A program made the position numbers and the translations under genes. Below are positions 8,392-17,786 of a stretch of DNA of 41,007 bases, in pieces; position 1 is the first letter of the stretch; each line of letters starts with the position of its first letter. The DNA comes from a virus. A model generated the notes under the pieces. That model worked only from the letters and a program-made list of their open reading frames with translations. It was not told the origin of the DNA and made no database searches. Where the stretch lies: the UHGV virus genome UHGV-0067929. One strand, given 5' to 3'.

Positions 8392-8837
8392 CCACTATTA
8401 CCAAAGAGCGACTGCTGACAATCAAGCAGTGGCGCGAAACATACGGACCTGGTAGCAACGTTGTACTGCCAGCAGAAGAAGCGGAAGAACTGGCACGAAT
8501 TGTGCTGGCATCGCTGGCAGCAGAGCCGGTGGCATATCAGTACCGCCTGTGGGATACGGAATATGATGAATGGGGAGAATGGGAAGATTGCGGGGAATGT
8601 GCTTTTGAAGGATTTGTTGAGGAAGAGAAATGTCAGGGGGCAGGTGTTCAGACCCGTAAGTTATACACCGTACCACAGGTATCAGCTGTACCGGATGGAC
8701 TGGTTAAAGCAGTGCGCTTCTATGAACAGGTTAAGCATGAAAATCCGCCAGTCGAAACCGGAGCATGGAAAGACGCTGTTGACTGGGTGCTCAAAGAGGC
8801 TTGCCAGGCTGTAAACATTGGCACTAAAGGAGAGTGA
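8388..8837 (+). CDS. hypothetical protein
   Basis: 149 aa; N-terminal segment (IVLASLAAEPVAYQY) paralogous to N-terminus of next gene. Confidence 0.5.
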   Translation: MTTITKERLLTIKQWRETYGPGSNVVLPAEEAEELARIVLASLAAEPVAYQYRLWDTEYDEWGEWEDCGECAFEGFVEEEKCQGAGVQTRKLYTVPQVSAVPDGLVKAVRFYEQVKHENPPVETGAWKDAVDWVLKEACQAVNIGTKGE

Positions 8838-8838
8838 T

Positions 8839-9390
8839 GTGACCACTTTCACCGACAAAGAACTGATTAAAGAAATCAAAGAACGTATCAGCAGCCTGGA
8901 CGTACGAGACGATATTGAGCGCCGGGCTTATGAAATTGCTCTGGCATCGCTAGAAGCCGAACCTGTAAGCCAAACTTACAACTTGCCAGAATTAATCGAA
9001 GGCATGGAGGTTTCCATTGATGTAAGCACTTGTGATGCTGATTTAGGTAATCGCTATTTCGGCACAGTAACCGAGGCGTTAGAACTTGATACTGCCAAGA
9101 ATGGTTACATCCTCCTGGTTCAGGACGCAGAGCCAAACTTCGATGTAAATGGCAACTCTCCGGTAACTCCGGATGGTTGGATAAGCTGTAGTGAGCGAAT
9201 GCCGGATAGCAAAACAGCCGTTCTTGTTGCCAGGGAGTTTGACAGGAAAGGTGACTGGCGAATGAAATGGGCGACTTACATACCGGGGCATCCTGACGCT
9301 AATGATGGGTGGATAATTCCTGGTGCGTCGTGGAAACCGTCACACTGGATGCCGCTACCAGAACCGCCGCAGGAGGTTAACCGTGGCTAA
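8839..9390 (+). CDS. DUF551-like phage protein
   Basis: GTG start 7 nt after AAGGAG; C-terminal W...HWMPLPEPP signature of DUF551 as recalled. Confidence 0.6.
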   Translation: MTTFTDKELIKEIKERISSLDVRDDIERRAYEIALASLEAEPVSQTYNLPELIEGMEVSIDVSTCDADLGNRYFGTVTEALELDTAKNGYILLVQDAEPNFDVNGNSPVTPDGWISCSERMPDSKTAVLVAREFDRKGDWRMKWATYIPGHPDANDGWIIPGASWKPSHWMPLPEPPQEVNRG

Positions 9391-9664
9391 CCTGCAACTT
9401 GCCGTCAAAGGTGAATACTTCGATGCCATGATTCGTGGAGAGAAAACGGAAGAGTATCGCTTGTGTAATGACTACTGGAATAAGCGCCTCGTTAACCGTA
9501 AGTATGACCGCCTGATTATCACAAAGGGATACCCGAAGCGCGACGATTCCAGCCGCAGAATTGACGTCCCGTATGACGGATATGAAATCAAGACAATCAC
9601 ACATCCCCACTTCGGCGATAAACCGGTAAAGGTGTTCGCGATAAAGGTAAATATTGATGGCTAA
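9383..9664 (+). CDS. ASCH-like (PUA-fold) domain protein
   Basis: GTG start after AGGAGG; AVKGEYFDAMIRGEKTEEYR resembles ASCH N-terminal strand pattern. Confidence 0.45.
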   Translation: MANLQLAVKGEYFDAMIRGEKTEEYRLCNDYWNKRLVNRKYDRLIITKGYPKRDDSSRRIDVPYDGYEIKTITHPHFGDKPVKVFAIKVNIDG

Positions 9665-9995
9665 ATCAGCAGCAGAGCGCAAAGCCGCTCAGAGAGCCAG
9701 ACAAGCTGCATCTGGTGTGCGTAAGCTGGAGATTGTGCTTGATGCTCAGGAAATTGAAATGCTGGAGCGTAACTGTGCCACGCGTCGCCCAGGGCGTGCG
9801 CCTTACGAATTTGGTGAGTATATAGCGTTACTGATCCGCCAGGATGATGCACGCGTGCGCGGGCGTATAAAATCGATCAGCAGAAAACGTTGCGGTAAGT
9901 GCGGCGAGAGAGTTCCAGTTAATTCATGCCCGTGTAATGGTGACTCGCAATGCTGGGTGACTAAAGGCTGGCATGAAACGAAATTAATAGTGTGA
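9654..9995 (+). CDS. hypothetical protein with C-terminal Cys cluster
   Basis: 113 aa; CGKCGERVPVNSCPCNGDSQC; stop overlaps the GTGACATGTCAC palindrome. Confidence 0.45.
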   Translation: MMAKSAAERKAAQRARQAASGVRKLEIVLDAQEIEMLERNCATRRPGRAPYEFGEYIALLIRQDDARVRGRIKSISRKRCGKCGERVPVNSCPCNGDSQCWVTKGWHETKLIV

Positions 9996-10003
9996 CATGT
10001 CAC
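9992..10003. repeat. 12-bp perfect palindrome GTGACATGTCAC (copy a)
   Basis: Module junction upstream of terminase. Confidence 0.6.
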
Positions 10004-10044
10004 GAGTAGATTATGCATGATGAATTTGATGTGTTTTGAATACT

Positions 10045-10070
10045 GCCGCCAACTATGGCGGCTTTATTTT
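10045..10070 (+). terminator. intrinsic terminator upstream of terminase operon
   Basis: GCCGCC-AACTAT-GGCGGC then TTTATTTT. Confidence 0.6.
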
Positions 10071-10080
10071 GCATGGTACT

Positions 10081-10097
10081 ATTACCACAACGGTAAC
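10081..10097. promoter_or_regulatory. operator-like palindrome ATTACCACAACGGTAAC upstream of terminase
   Basis: Same motif family. Confidence 0.5.
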
Positions 10098-10098
10098 T

Positions 10099-10115
10099 AT
10101 TACCACGGTGGTTAT
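10099..10115. promoter_or_regulatory. operator-like site ATTACCACGGTGGTTAT overlapping terminase small subunit start
   Basis: Left arm perfect, right arm degenerate. Confidence 0.4.
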
Positions 10116-10710
10116 GATGCCTGCTGAACCTAAAACCTATAAACGCAAATCAACGCAATTTAAGCCACTAACAGCAATGCAGGAGGCTTATTGCCAGTCA
10201 TACATCAAAACGCCTGAAAACCAGACTCAGGCAGCGATTAACGCAGGATTCTCTCCAAATACAGCGGCAGTTAAAGCCAGTGTCATGATGCGCGATGAAC
10301 GCATTCAAAAACGGATTGCCGAGCTGATGGAAGAGCGCAACAAGCGCCTGCGCGTCAGTGCTGATTATGTCCTGCTGCGCCTGGTGGAAATCGACCAGAT
10401 GGACGTGATTGATATCCTCAACGACGATGGGAGCCTTAAGCCAATCCGTGAGTGGCCGAAAATCTGGCGCACTACGCTTAGCGGCTTTGATCTGTCATCG
10501 ACCATCATGAACATGAACGAGGATTCGATAGAGACAATCCTCAAAAAAATTAAATGGCCTGACAAGGTGAAGAACCTCGAACTGATTGGTAAGCACGTCG
10601 ACGTCAACGCATTCAAAGAACGCCTGGATGTTAATGTGAATGTGACAATTGCTGATCGCATAGCGGCAGCCAGGAAGAGACTGAAAGAACGTCAGGATGG
10701 CAATCAGTGA
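10114..10710 (+). CDS. terminase small subunit
   Basis: Start at ATG 10114; AYCQSYIKTPENQTQAAINAGFSPNTAAVKASVMMR typical of Terminase_2-type small subunits; directly upstream of large subunit. Confidence 0.8.
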   Translation: MMPAEPKTYKRKSTQFKPLTAMQEAYCQSYIKTPENQTQAAINAGFSPNTAAVKASVMMRDERIQKRIAELMEERNKRLRVSADYVLLRLVEIDQMDVIDILNDDGSLKPIREWPKIWRTTLSGFDLSSTIMNMNEDSIETILKKIKWPDKVKNLELIGKHVDVNAFKERLDVNVNVTIADRIAAARKRLKERQDGNQ

Positions 10711-12182
10711 CAGATACAGCGTTATCTCCTGAAGAGCAGTTAATCGAGGATATTGCAGGGTTCACTCACGATCCGCTTGGCTATGCCCTCTATGCGTTCC
10801 CGTGGGGGGAAGAGGGGACTGAACTGGCACATGCTACCGGCCCACGTCAATGGCAGGCTGATGCGTTCCGAGAGATACGTGATCACCTGCAGAATCCAGA
10901 GACGCGCTATCAGCCGCTTATGCTGGCACGCGCTTCTGGTCACGGTATTGGTAAATCCGCATTCATCTCAATGCTGATCAACTGGGGCATGTCCACTTGC
11001 GAGGATTGTAAGGTCGTGGTGACCGCCAACACCGACAACCAGCTACGAACGAAGACCTGGCCGGAAATTATCAAGTGGTCGAACCTTGCTATCACGAAAG
11101 ACTGGTTTACCTGTACTGCTACCGCGATGTACAGCAATGACCCAGGGCACGACAAGCGGTGGCGGGCTGACGCAATACCCTGGTCTGAGCACAACACTGA
11201 GGCATTCGCCGGACTACACAACGAGCGCAAACGCATCATCGTGGTATTCGATGAAGCGTCGAACATTGCGGATCTGGTGTGGGAAGTTGCCGAGGGTGCG
11301 CTAACGGACGAAGACACTGAGATTATCTGGGTGGCGTTCGGAAACCCGACGCGTAATACCGGACGTTTCCGCGAATGTTTCCGCAAATATAAACACCGCT
11401 GGAAAACTGCGCAGATTGACAGCCGGACGGTGGAAGGCACTAACAAACAGCAGTTGCAGAAATGGGTTGATGACTACGGGGAAGACAGCGACTTCGTTAA
11501 AATCCGTGTGCGCGGCATATTCCCGGATGCATCTGAATTGCAGTTTATCCCTACCGGACTTACTGACGAGGCAATGAAACGGGTGGTCACCGCTGCGCAG
11601 GTTGCACATGCTCCGGTGATAATTGGCGTTGACCCGGCATACTCAGGCGTTGATGACGCGGTGATATACCTGCGGCAGGGGCTGCACAGTAAGGTGCTAT
11701 GGACTGGTAACAAGACCACCGACGATCTGATTATGGCGAAGCGTATCGCTGACTTTGAAGACCAGTACCAGGCTGACGCGGTGTTCATCGACTTCGGTTA
11801 CGGTACCGGTCTGAAGTCAATCGGTGACGGTTGGGGGCGTACATGGCAACTTGTTCCGTTCGGTGGCGCGTCTACTGACCCGCAGATGCTCAACAAGCGT
11901 GGGGAGATGTTCAATTCATGCAAGACATGGCTGAGGCTCGGCGGCATGCTGGATGACCAGGAAACTGCAGACGACCTGTCGGCGGCAGAGTACAAAGTTC
12001 GCGTGGACGGTAAAATCGTTATCGAACCGAAGGAAGATATCAAGGAGCGGCTTGGGCGTTCGCCGGGTAAAGGCGATGCGCTACTGCTGACGTTTGCTTT
12101 CCCTGTGTCGAAGCGTCTGCGAATTACCGGGCAGCAGAACCAGCAAGGCAAGGCCATCACAGATTACGATCCCTATGCTTAA
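10707..12182 (+). CDS. terminase large subunit
   Basis: 491 aa; ATPase motifs (ASGHGIGKS, IIVVFDEAS) followed by nuclease-domain Asp cluster (IGVDPAYSGVDD); GTG start overlapping small-subunit stop. Confidence 0.9.
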   Translation: MTDTALSPEEQLIEDIAGFTHDPLGYALYAFPWGEEGTELAHATGPRQWQADAFREIRDHLQNPETRYQPLMLARASGHGIGKSAFISMLINWGMSTCEDCKVVVTANTDNQLRTKTWPEIIKWSNLAITKDWFTCTATAMYSNDPGHDKRWRADAIPWSEHNTEAFAGLHNERKRIIVVFDEASNIADLVWEVAEGALTDEDTEIIWVAFGNPTRNTGRFRECFRKYKHRWKTAQIDSRTVEGTNKQQLQKWVDDYGEDSDFVKIRVRGIFPDASELQFIPTGLTDEAMKRVVTAAQVAHAPVIIGVDPAYSGVDDAVIYLRQGLHSKVLWTGNKTTDDLIMAKRIADFEDQYQADAVFIDFGYGTGLKSIGDGWGRTWQLVPFGGASTDPQMLNKRGEMFNSCKTWLRLGGMLDDQETADDLSAAEYKVRVDGKIVIEPKEDIKERLGRSPGKGDALLLTFAFPVSKRLRITGQQNQQGKAITDYDPYA

Positions 12183-12208
12183 TCCGCTGGTGGGGATAAT
12201 GTCGTTGA

Positions 12209-12257
12209 TATCCTCTGATGAGGATAAAACAAAGCCAGCTCATCGGCTGGCTGTTTG
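12209..12257. terminator. bidirectional terminator region between terminase and moron gene
   Basis: Hairpins TATCCTC/GAGGATA and GCCAGC/GCTGGC separated by AAAACAAA, T-tract on each strand. Confidence 0.5.
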
Positions 12258-12268
12258 TGACATGTCAC
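12257..12268. repeat. 12-bp perfect palindrome GTGACATGTCAC (copy b)
   Basis: Junction after terminase, next to terminator hairpin. Confidence 0.6.
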
Positions 12269-12272
12269 GGTG

Positions 12273-12692
12273 TTATTTAATGGCATTAAATCCAGCGTTG
12301 ATGGCTTCCGCAATATTGATGGCACTTGTTTTATCGAAGTGCCCATTCTGAATAAGCGCCGCATGCAGGCATTGTAACTTCATGTTGTATAAGTGTTCGC
12401 TCATGTAATCATTATCACTTTTTGCTTTAGCGTAAACAGCGCGAGAAATATCAAACACATCGCCTTTTTCCATTTCAGAACGTTGTGCTGTTATCCAGTC
12501 ATGGAACGTAACGCTAGTACCATGGTCTTCGCTAAGAGTTAACCCGGCCAGTCCCTCACTCTGAATTACTTCGTAATGCATTTCATTATTAGCAAAAACG
12601 CCATAAAAAATGCAGTCTTCAGCCTGAACGATACGAGAATATTTTAATGGCCATTCATTTAGATACTTAGCCAACATATCAATTGTCTTCAT
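12273..12692 (-). CDS. hypothetical protein (moron, opposite strand to late genes)
   Basis: 139-aa ORF with AAGGTGAG SD; lies with a tRNA between terminase and portal. Confidence 0.5.
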   Translation of the reverse strand: MKTIDMLAKYLNEWPLKYSRIVQAEDCIFYGVFANNEMHYEVIQSEGLAGLTLSEDHGTSVTFHDWITAQRSEMEKGDVFDISRAVYAKAKSDNDYMSEHLYNMKLQCLHAALIQNGHFDKTSAINIAEAINAGFNAIK

Positions 12693-12802
12693 GATCTCAC
12701 CTTAAAAAAATGCCCGGCGAACTTGGCGAACTGGAAGCAATGAGTTATGCCTTCCGTGGCTGTACTGGTTTACAGCATGAAGTCATCACAATGGCGTCCT
12801 GC

Positions 12803-12847
12803 TGTAAAAAGGGCGGTGATAGTTCTTCAAGGGAAACCATCACCGCC
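12803..12847 (-). terminator. terminator downstream of tRNA-Arg
   Basis: 9-bp stem GGCGGTGAT/ATCACCGCC followed on minus strand by CTTTTTAC. Confidence 0.5.
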
Positions 12848-12890
12848 AAGCACCTGGAACTTCTGGCATCACGGTCCTTAGGCGTGATTC

Positions 12891-12967
12891 TGGCGTGGCA
12901 TGCAGGATTCGAACCTGCGACCAACTGCTTAGAAGGCGGTTGCTCTGTCCAACTGAGCTAATGCCAC
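12891..12967 (-). tRNA. tRNA-Arg (anticodon UCU), phage-borne argU-like
   Basis: 77-nt cloverleaf read by hand: 7-bp acceptor stem GTGGCAT/ATGCCAC, D-arm TAGCTCAGTTGGACAGAGC, anticodon loop CTTCTAA, T-arm GCAGGTTCGAATCCTGC, CCA end; one C-A mismatch in anticodon stem. Confidence 0.8.
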
Positions 12968-13288
12968 AACGCTGAGAGCACTTAGCCTGTTAAGGCGCCA
13001 CACTTTGTCGCGGCTCCATAAATGCTCTCATCGTTGTACCCTCGTCTCTTCCGAGGCGTCACACCGAATCGCCGGGATGGTGAATCCCCGTGCGCGGAAT
13101 AAAACCGCTCGACTTGCACATTCCGGCTACCTGGTTCGTTTGCCCGAGCAAGGGAGGGTGCCCCTTAAACGTATCCAGACCGCTATCGTCGCATGTGCCA
13201 TACGCCGTACTGCTCAAAATAAAAGCTCACTCCACCTGTTCAATTTAACGACAAGCCAGTCAGGTTAGTAACCGGAATGAGCTCTTTA

Positions 13289-13305
13289 GTTACCCGAAAG
13301 GTAAT
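13289..13305. promoter_or_regulatory. operator-like palindrome GTTACCCGAAAGGTAAT upstream of portal operon
   Basis: Same motif family. Confidence 0.5.
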
Positions 13306-13394
13306 AATTCACGCGTTAAATGTCAACCTTCTACGATAAATAAATCATATGTGGTTAAATTGGTAATAATTTAATTGCGTACGGAGTCATTGAT

Positions 13395-13601
13395 ATGTGC
13401 ATGGGTAGCTCACCATCAGTGCCTGCAACACCAGAAGTTCAGGCAGCACCACAGGAGCAGGATGCCGCCGTTGTTGATGCCCGCGACGAAGAAACACGTC
13501 GCCGTCGCGCTGCTGCTGGTCGTAGTTCTACGCTGCTTACCGGTTCTCAGGGCGACACATCAACCGCTAATACCAGCGGTAAAACGCTGCTTGGTCAGTA
13601 A
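13395..13601 (+). CDS. small hypothetical protein upstream of portal
   Basis: 68-aa ORF, GGAG 9 nt upstream; low-complexity Ala/Arg/Thr-rich. Confidence 0.3.
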   Translation: MCMGSSPSVPATPEVQAAPQEQDAAVVDARDEETRRRRAAAGRSSTLLTGSQGDTSTANTSGKTLLGQ

Positions 13602-13615
13602 CCGGAGTCATTGAA

Positions 13616-15295
13616 ATGGCGGAAACAACTAAAGAGCGATTGAACAAACAGTTCGCACAACTTGAAAGCGAGCGTCAGTCGTTTGAGCCGCACTGGCGCG
13701 AGTTGAGTGATTACATCAACCCGCGTGGTTCCCGCTTTCTGACTTCTGAGGTCAACCGTAACGATCGACGCAATACACGCATTATTGATTCGACCGGGAC
13801 TATGGCGGCGCGCACTCTCGCCAGCGGCATGATGTCAGGCATCACAAGCCCCGCGCGTCCGTGGTTTCGCCTGGCTACGCCAGATCCTGAAATGATGGAT
13901 TATGGCCCTGTTAAGTTGTGGCTTGAGGCGGTGCAGAACCGCATGAACGATATGTTCAATAAGTCGAATCTCTATCAGTCGCTGCCGCAGTTATACGGAA
14001 GCCTCGGCACATACAGCACTGGTGCAATGGCGGTGCTGGAGGATGACGAGGACATCATTCGCACAATGCCATTCCCGATAGGCAGTTACTACCTGGCTAA
14101 CTCACCTCGTGGCAGTGTGGACACCTGTTTTCGCAAGTTCTCTATGACTGTTCGTCAGCTTGTTCAGGAGTTCGGGCTAAATAACGTCAGCGAATCCGTA
14201 AAAAGCATGTGGGAAAGCGGCACCTACGAGAAGTGGATTGAAGTGATGCATTCGGTTTACCCGAACATTGACCGCGATACATCGAAGCTGGATAGCAAGA
14301 ACAAGCCATTCAAATCGGTTTATTACGAGGTTGGTGGCGATAACGACAAGTTGTTGCGTGAGTCCGGATTCGATGAGTTTCCAATTATGGCTCCGCGCTG
14401 GGAAGTTAACGGCGAAGATGTTTATGGATCATCATGCCCGGGTATGCTGGCGCTTGGACCTGTTAAGGCATTGCAGCTTCTCCAGAAGCGCAAGTCGCAG
14501 TTGATTGATAAAGCCACCAATCCGCCGATGGTTGCTCCGACTTCCCTCAAGAATCAGCGCGCCTCCCTTCTTCCTGGCGACATCACGTATATCGATCAGA
14601 TTACTGGTCAGGATGGCTTCAGGCCTGCTTATCTGGTTAACCCCAGTACAGCAGATTTGGTGGCAGACATTCAGGACACTCGTCAAATCATTAACAGCGC
14701 CTACTTTGTCGATCTGTTCATGATGTTGCAGAACATCAATACCCGCTCTATGCCTGTTGAAGCGGTGATCGAAATGAAAGAAGAAAAACTTCTGATGTTG
14801 GGGCCGGTTCTGGAGCGTCTGAACGACGAATGTCTTAATCCTCTCATTGACCGCGCTTTCTCGATGATGGTGCGTAAAAACATGCTGCCGCCACCGCCTG
14901 ACGCGATGGAAGGCATGCCCCTGAAGGTCGAATACATTTCCGTCATGGCTCAGGCGCAGAAGTCTATCGGCCTGTCCAGTCTGGCGTCCACGGTTAACTT
15001 CATTGGTCAACTTGCGCAAGCGAAACCAGAAGCTCTCGACAAACTCAACGTTGATCAGGCGATCGATGCATTCGCTGATATGTCTGGAGTGTCTCCAACT
15101 GTCATTGTTCCGCAGGAACAGGTTGAGCAGGCTCGCCAGCAACGGGCACAGCAGCAACAGCAGCAACAAATGATGGCGATGGGGATGGCGGCGGCACAGG
15201 GTGCCAAGACGCTAAGCGAAGCTAAAACTTCGGATCCGAGTGTTTTGTCAGCTATGGCGAATGCAGTTAGTGGTCAGGGTGGGCAATCACAATGA
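13616..15295 (+). CDS. portal protein (T7 gp8-like head-to-tail connector)
   Basis: 559 aa; position after terminase; C-terminal QQQQQQMMAMGMAAAQG tail resembles the T7 gp8 C-terminus as recalled. Confidence 0.8.
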   Translation: MAETTKERLNKQFAQLESERQSFEPHWRELSDYINPRGSRFLTSEVNRNDRRNTRIIDSTGTMAARTLASGMMSGITSPARPWFRLATPDPEMMDYGPVKLWLEAVQNRMNDMFNKSNLYQSLPQLYGSLGTYSTGAMAVLEDDEDIIRTMPFPIGSYYLANSPRGSVDTCFRKFSMTVRQLVQEFGLNNVSESVKSMWESGTYEKWIEVMHSVYPNIDRDTSKLDSKNKPFKSVYYEVGGDNDKLLRESGFDEFPIMAPRWEVNGEDVYGSSCPGMLALGPVKALQLLQKRKSQLIDKATNPPMVAPTSLKNQRASLLPGDITYIDQITGQDGFRPAYLVNPSTADLVADIQDTRQIINSAYFVDLFMMLQNINTRSMPVEAVIEMKEEKLLMLGPVLERLNDECLNPLIDRAFSMMVRKNMLPPPPDAMEGMPLKVEYISVMAQAQKSIGLSSLASTVNFIGQLAQAKPEALDKLNVDQAIDAFADMSGVSPTVIVPQEQVEQARQQRAQQQQQQQMMAMGMAAAQGAKTLSEAKTSDPSVLSAMANAVSGQGGQSQ

Positions 15296-15588
15296 CAGAT
15301 TACGAAGACGATCAACTGAAAGAAGAAAACGCCCGTAAGCAACGTGACATGGCGCAGCGTGAAATTGATGACATTCGCTTTGTCATGAGCAGTGAACAGG
15401 GGCGTCGCGTTGTCTGGTCGGTGCTGGAGAAAGGCCGTGTGTTTTCCGCTATCTCACCGATGGACGCTATGGCAATGGCATTTAATGAGGGGCAACGCAA
15501 TCTGGCGCTGGAACTGTTTCAGCGCGTTATGGCGCATTGCCCTGAACAGTATTTGAAGATGGCCAAAGAGGCCAGTGAACAGGAGTGA
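15292..15588 (+). CDS. hypothetical head-assembly protein
   Basis: 98 aa, ATGA-coupled to portal gene. Confidence 0.5.
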   Translation: MTDYEDDQLKEENARKQRDMAQREIDDIRFVMSSEQGRRVVWSVLEKGRVFSAISPMDAMAMAFNEGQRNLALELFQRVMAHCPEQYLKMAKEASEQE

Positions 15589-15590
15589 TC

Positions 15591-16286
15591 ATGAATTTAT
15601 TTGAGCGTTTGCTGTATCGCCGTCTTTGCAATGAGCAACCAGTCGATGGTGGAGCAGCTCCGGCTGCGTCAGAACCGTCAGCGCCTGCAGGTGATAACCC
15701 TGCTCCAGTTGGTGATCCATCACAACAGGAAGGTGATAAGCCACAACCTGTTGCTGATGGCGATAAACCTGCTGATGACAAAAAGCCTGAAAACGATAAG
15801 CAGGATGAAAAAAAGGACGGCGATAAACCAGAGGGGGCGCCTGAGAAGTACGAGTTTCAGGCTGCCGAAGGCGTAGAGCTGGATACAGAAGCGTTGAAGG
15901 AATTCGAGCCGGTGGCGCGAGAACTTAACCTGACCAACGAACAAGCGCAAAAGCTGGTTGATGCTTATCCGAAGATTCTGGCAGGTGTTCAGCAGCGCCA
16001 GGCAGAAGCCTGGCAGAAAACAACCGAGCAGTGGGCTGCGGATGTAAAAGCTGACAAAGAAATCGGTGGCGACAAGTTGATTTCTAACCTTAGCGCCGCA
16101 CAGCGTGCGCTTGACCAGTTCGGGACACCCGAGCTCAAAGAATATCTGAACACCACCGGACTGGGTAATCACCCTGATCTGGTCAAAACGTTCGTGAAAA
16201 TCGGAAAGGCGATGTCTGAAGATGGCATGGTCACCGGTGGTAATGAAGGCCAGCGTAGTGCGGCCGAAGTGCTCTATGGCAAATAA
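15591..16286 (+). CDS. putative scaffolding protein
   Basis: Acidic, Pro/Ala/Lys-rich low-complexity N-half and helical C-half; located between portal and capsid; ATG 5 nt after AGGAG. Confidence 0.55.
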   Translation: MNLFERLLYRRLCNEQPVDGGAAPAASEPSAPAGDNPAPVGDPSQQEGDKPQPVADGDKPADDKKPENDKQDEKKDGDKPEGAPEKYEFQAAEGVELDTEALKEFEPVARELNLTNEQAQKLVDAYPKILAGVQQRQAEAWQKTTEQWAADVKADKEIGGDKLISNLSAAQRALDQFGTPELKEYLNTTGLGNHPDLVKTFVKIGKAMSEDGMVTGGNEGQRSAAEVLYGK

Positions 16287-16300
16287 GAGAGGAAATGACA

Positions 16301-17287
16301 ATGGCTGTTAAAGGCTTAACTGCGCTAACGCTGGCTGACTGGGGTAAGCGCGTCGATCCAAACGGGAAAGTCGATAAGATTATCGAGCTTCTCGGTCAAA
16401 CTAACCCGATCCTTCAGGATATGCCTTTTGTCGAAGGGAACCTTCCTACCGGACACCGAACCACCATTCGTTCTGGTTTACCTTCAGCTACCTGGCGTTT
16501 GCTGAACTATGGCGTACAGCCAAGCAAATCAACCACAGTGCAGGTAACCGATTCCGTTGGCATGCTGGAAACCTATGCTGAAGTCGATAAGTCACTGGCT
16601 GATCTGAACGGCAATACCGCTGAATTCCGCCTGTCTGAAGACCGCGCATTTATTGAAGCGATGAATCAGCAGATGGCGCAGACGCTGTTTTATGGTGATT
16701 CCAGCGTTAACCCTCAGCAGTTTATGGGACTGTCCTCCCGCTATTCCAGCCTGTCTGCGGGTAATGCTCAGAACATCATTGATGCTGGTGGCACGGGTAC
16801 AGATAACACCTCAATCTGGTTAGTGGTGTGGGGCGAAAACACCGTGCATGGCATCTTCCCGAAAGGGCAGAAGGCTGGCATCCAGATGGAAGATAAAGGC
16901 CAGGTGACACTGGAAGATGCTAATGGCGGCAAGTACGAAGGTTATCGCACCCATTACAAATGGGACAACGGACTTGCTCTGCGTGACTGGCGTTATGTTG
17001 TTCGCATTGCAAACATCGATGTCAGCAATCTTTCAGAACCTTCCTCTGCCGCAAATATTGCGAAGTTGATGGTTAAAGCACTGCATCGCATTCCAAACCG
17101 TGGCATGGGGCGCCCGGTGTTCTACATGAACCGCACTGTAGGCCAGGCTCTTGATTTGCAGTCTCTGGAGAAAACATCTCTGGCGATTAGCGTAAAAGAG
17201 ACTGAAGGCGAGTGGTGGACGTCATTCCGTGGTGTACCAATCCGTGAAACTGATGCGCTTCTGGAAACAGAAGCCCGCGTGGTGTAA
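16301..17287 (+). CDS. major capsid protein
   Basis: ~328 aa, position after scaffold, followed by a strong intrinsic terminator further downstream; start chosen at ATG 16301 (8 nt after AAGAGAGG). Confidence 0.7.
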   Translation: MAVKGLTALTLADWGKRVDPNGKVDKIIELLGQTNPILQDMPFVEGNLPTGHRTTIRSGLPSATWRLLNYGVQPSKSTTVQVTDSVGMLETYAEVDKSLADLNGNTAEFRLSEDRAFIEAMNQQMAQTLFYGDSSVNPQQFMGLSSRYSSLSAGNAQNIIDAGGTGTDNTSIWLVVWGENTVHGIFPKGQKAGIQMEDKGQVTLEDANGGKYEGYRTHYKWDNGLALRDWRYVVRIANIDVSNLSEPSSAANIAKLMVKALHRIPNRGMGRPVFYMNRTVGQALDLQSLEKTSLAISVKETEGEWWTSFRGVPIRETDALLETEARVV

Positions 17288-17338
17288 CGCCTGTTATTAA
17301 CCTGTGGGTCGTAACAGACCCACTAATGGAGAAAGAAG

Positions 17339-17776
17339 ATGATCACCGACAAACTGTTGATGTTCTCCGAAGCACAGGCGGTAACTGATACCGCGGCTTC
17401 TACTGACGTAATCGATCTCGGTCCAATTGACGGAAAACGTCGTGATATCGGCGTGGGTTACCCGCTTGAGTTTTGGGTGCTGGTTAACACAGCCGCCACG
17501 GCAAGCGGTGATGCAACTGTAAACATCCAGTTGCAGACGAGTGAGAATAACAGCTCATGGACCACTATTTATGATAGTGGCGCACTGGCAAAGACCGCCC
17601 TGACAGCAGGTAAACGAGTTGTTTCTGCAAAGGTGCCTGCCGGTGTTCAGCGATATCTGCGTGTTAACTACTCCGTCGCAACTGGCCCACTAACGGCTGG
17701 CGAATTCACTGCTGGTATCAGTCTTGATGTTGATGCCAATACGCCGTATCCGATCCGCTCAAAAGTAACTGGTTAA
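17339..17776 (+). CDS. hypothetical virion protein (possible capsid decoration)
   Basis: 145 aa, beta-rich composition, directly after capsid gene. Confidence 0.5.
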   Translation: MITDKLLMFSEAQAVTDTAASTDVIDLGPIDGKRRDIGVGYPLEFWVLVNTAATASGDATVNIQLQTSENNSSWTTIYDSGALAKTALTAGKRVVSAKVPAGVQRYLRVNYSVATGPLTAGEFTAGISLDVDANTPYPIRSKVTG

Positions 17777-17786
17777 GGTGATATCG

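Noticed and set aside
12710-12961. 83-aa plus-strand ORF
   Set aside because: Overlaps the minus-strand tRNA-Arg and its terminator; no RBS; most likely spurious
12891-12967. tRNA-Arg as the prophage attachment site
   Set aside because: It lies in the middle of the late region between terminase and portal, with phage genes on both sides, so it is a phage-borne tRNA rather than a disrupted host target
13005-13268. 87-aa plus-strand ORF in the region upstream of the tRNA
   Set aside because: No SD, no recognisable protein features; region more likely regulatory or structured RNA
14432-15169. 245-aa minus-strand ORF
   Set aside because: Antisense to, and entirely within, the well-supported portal gene
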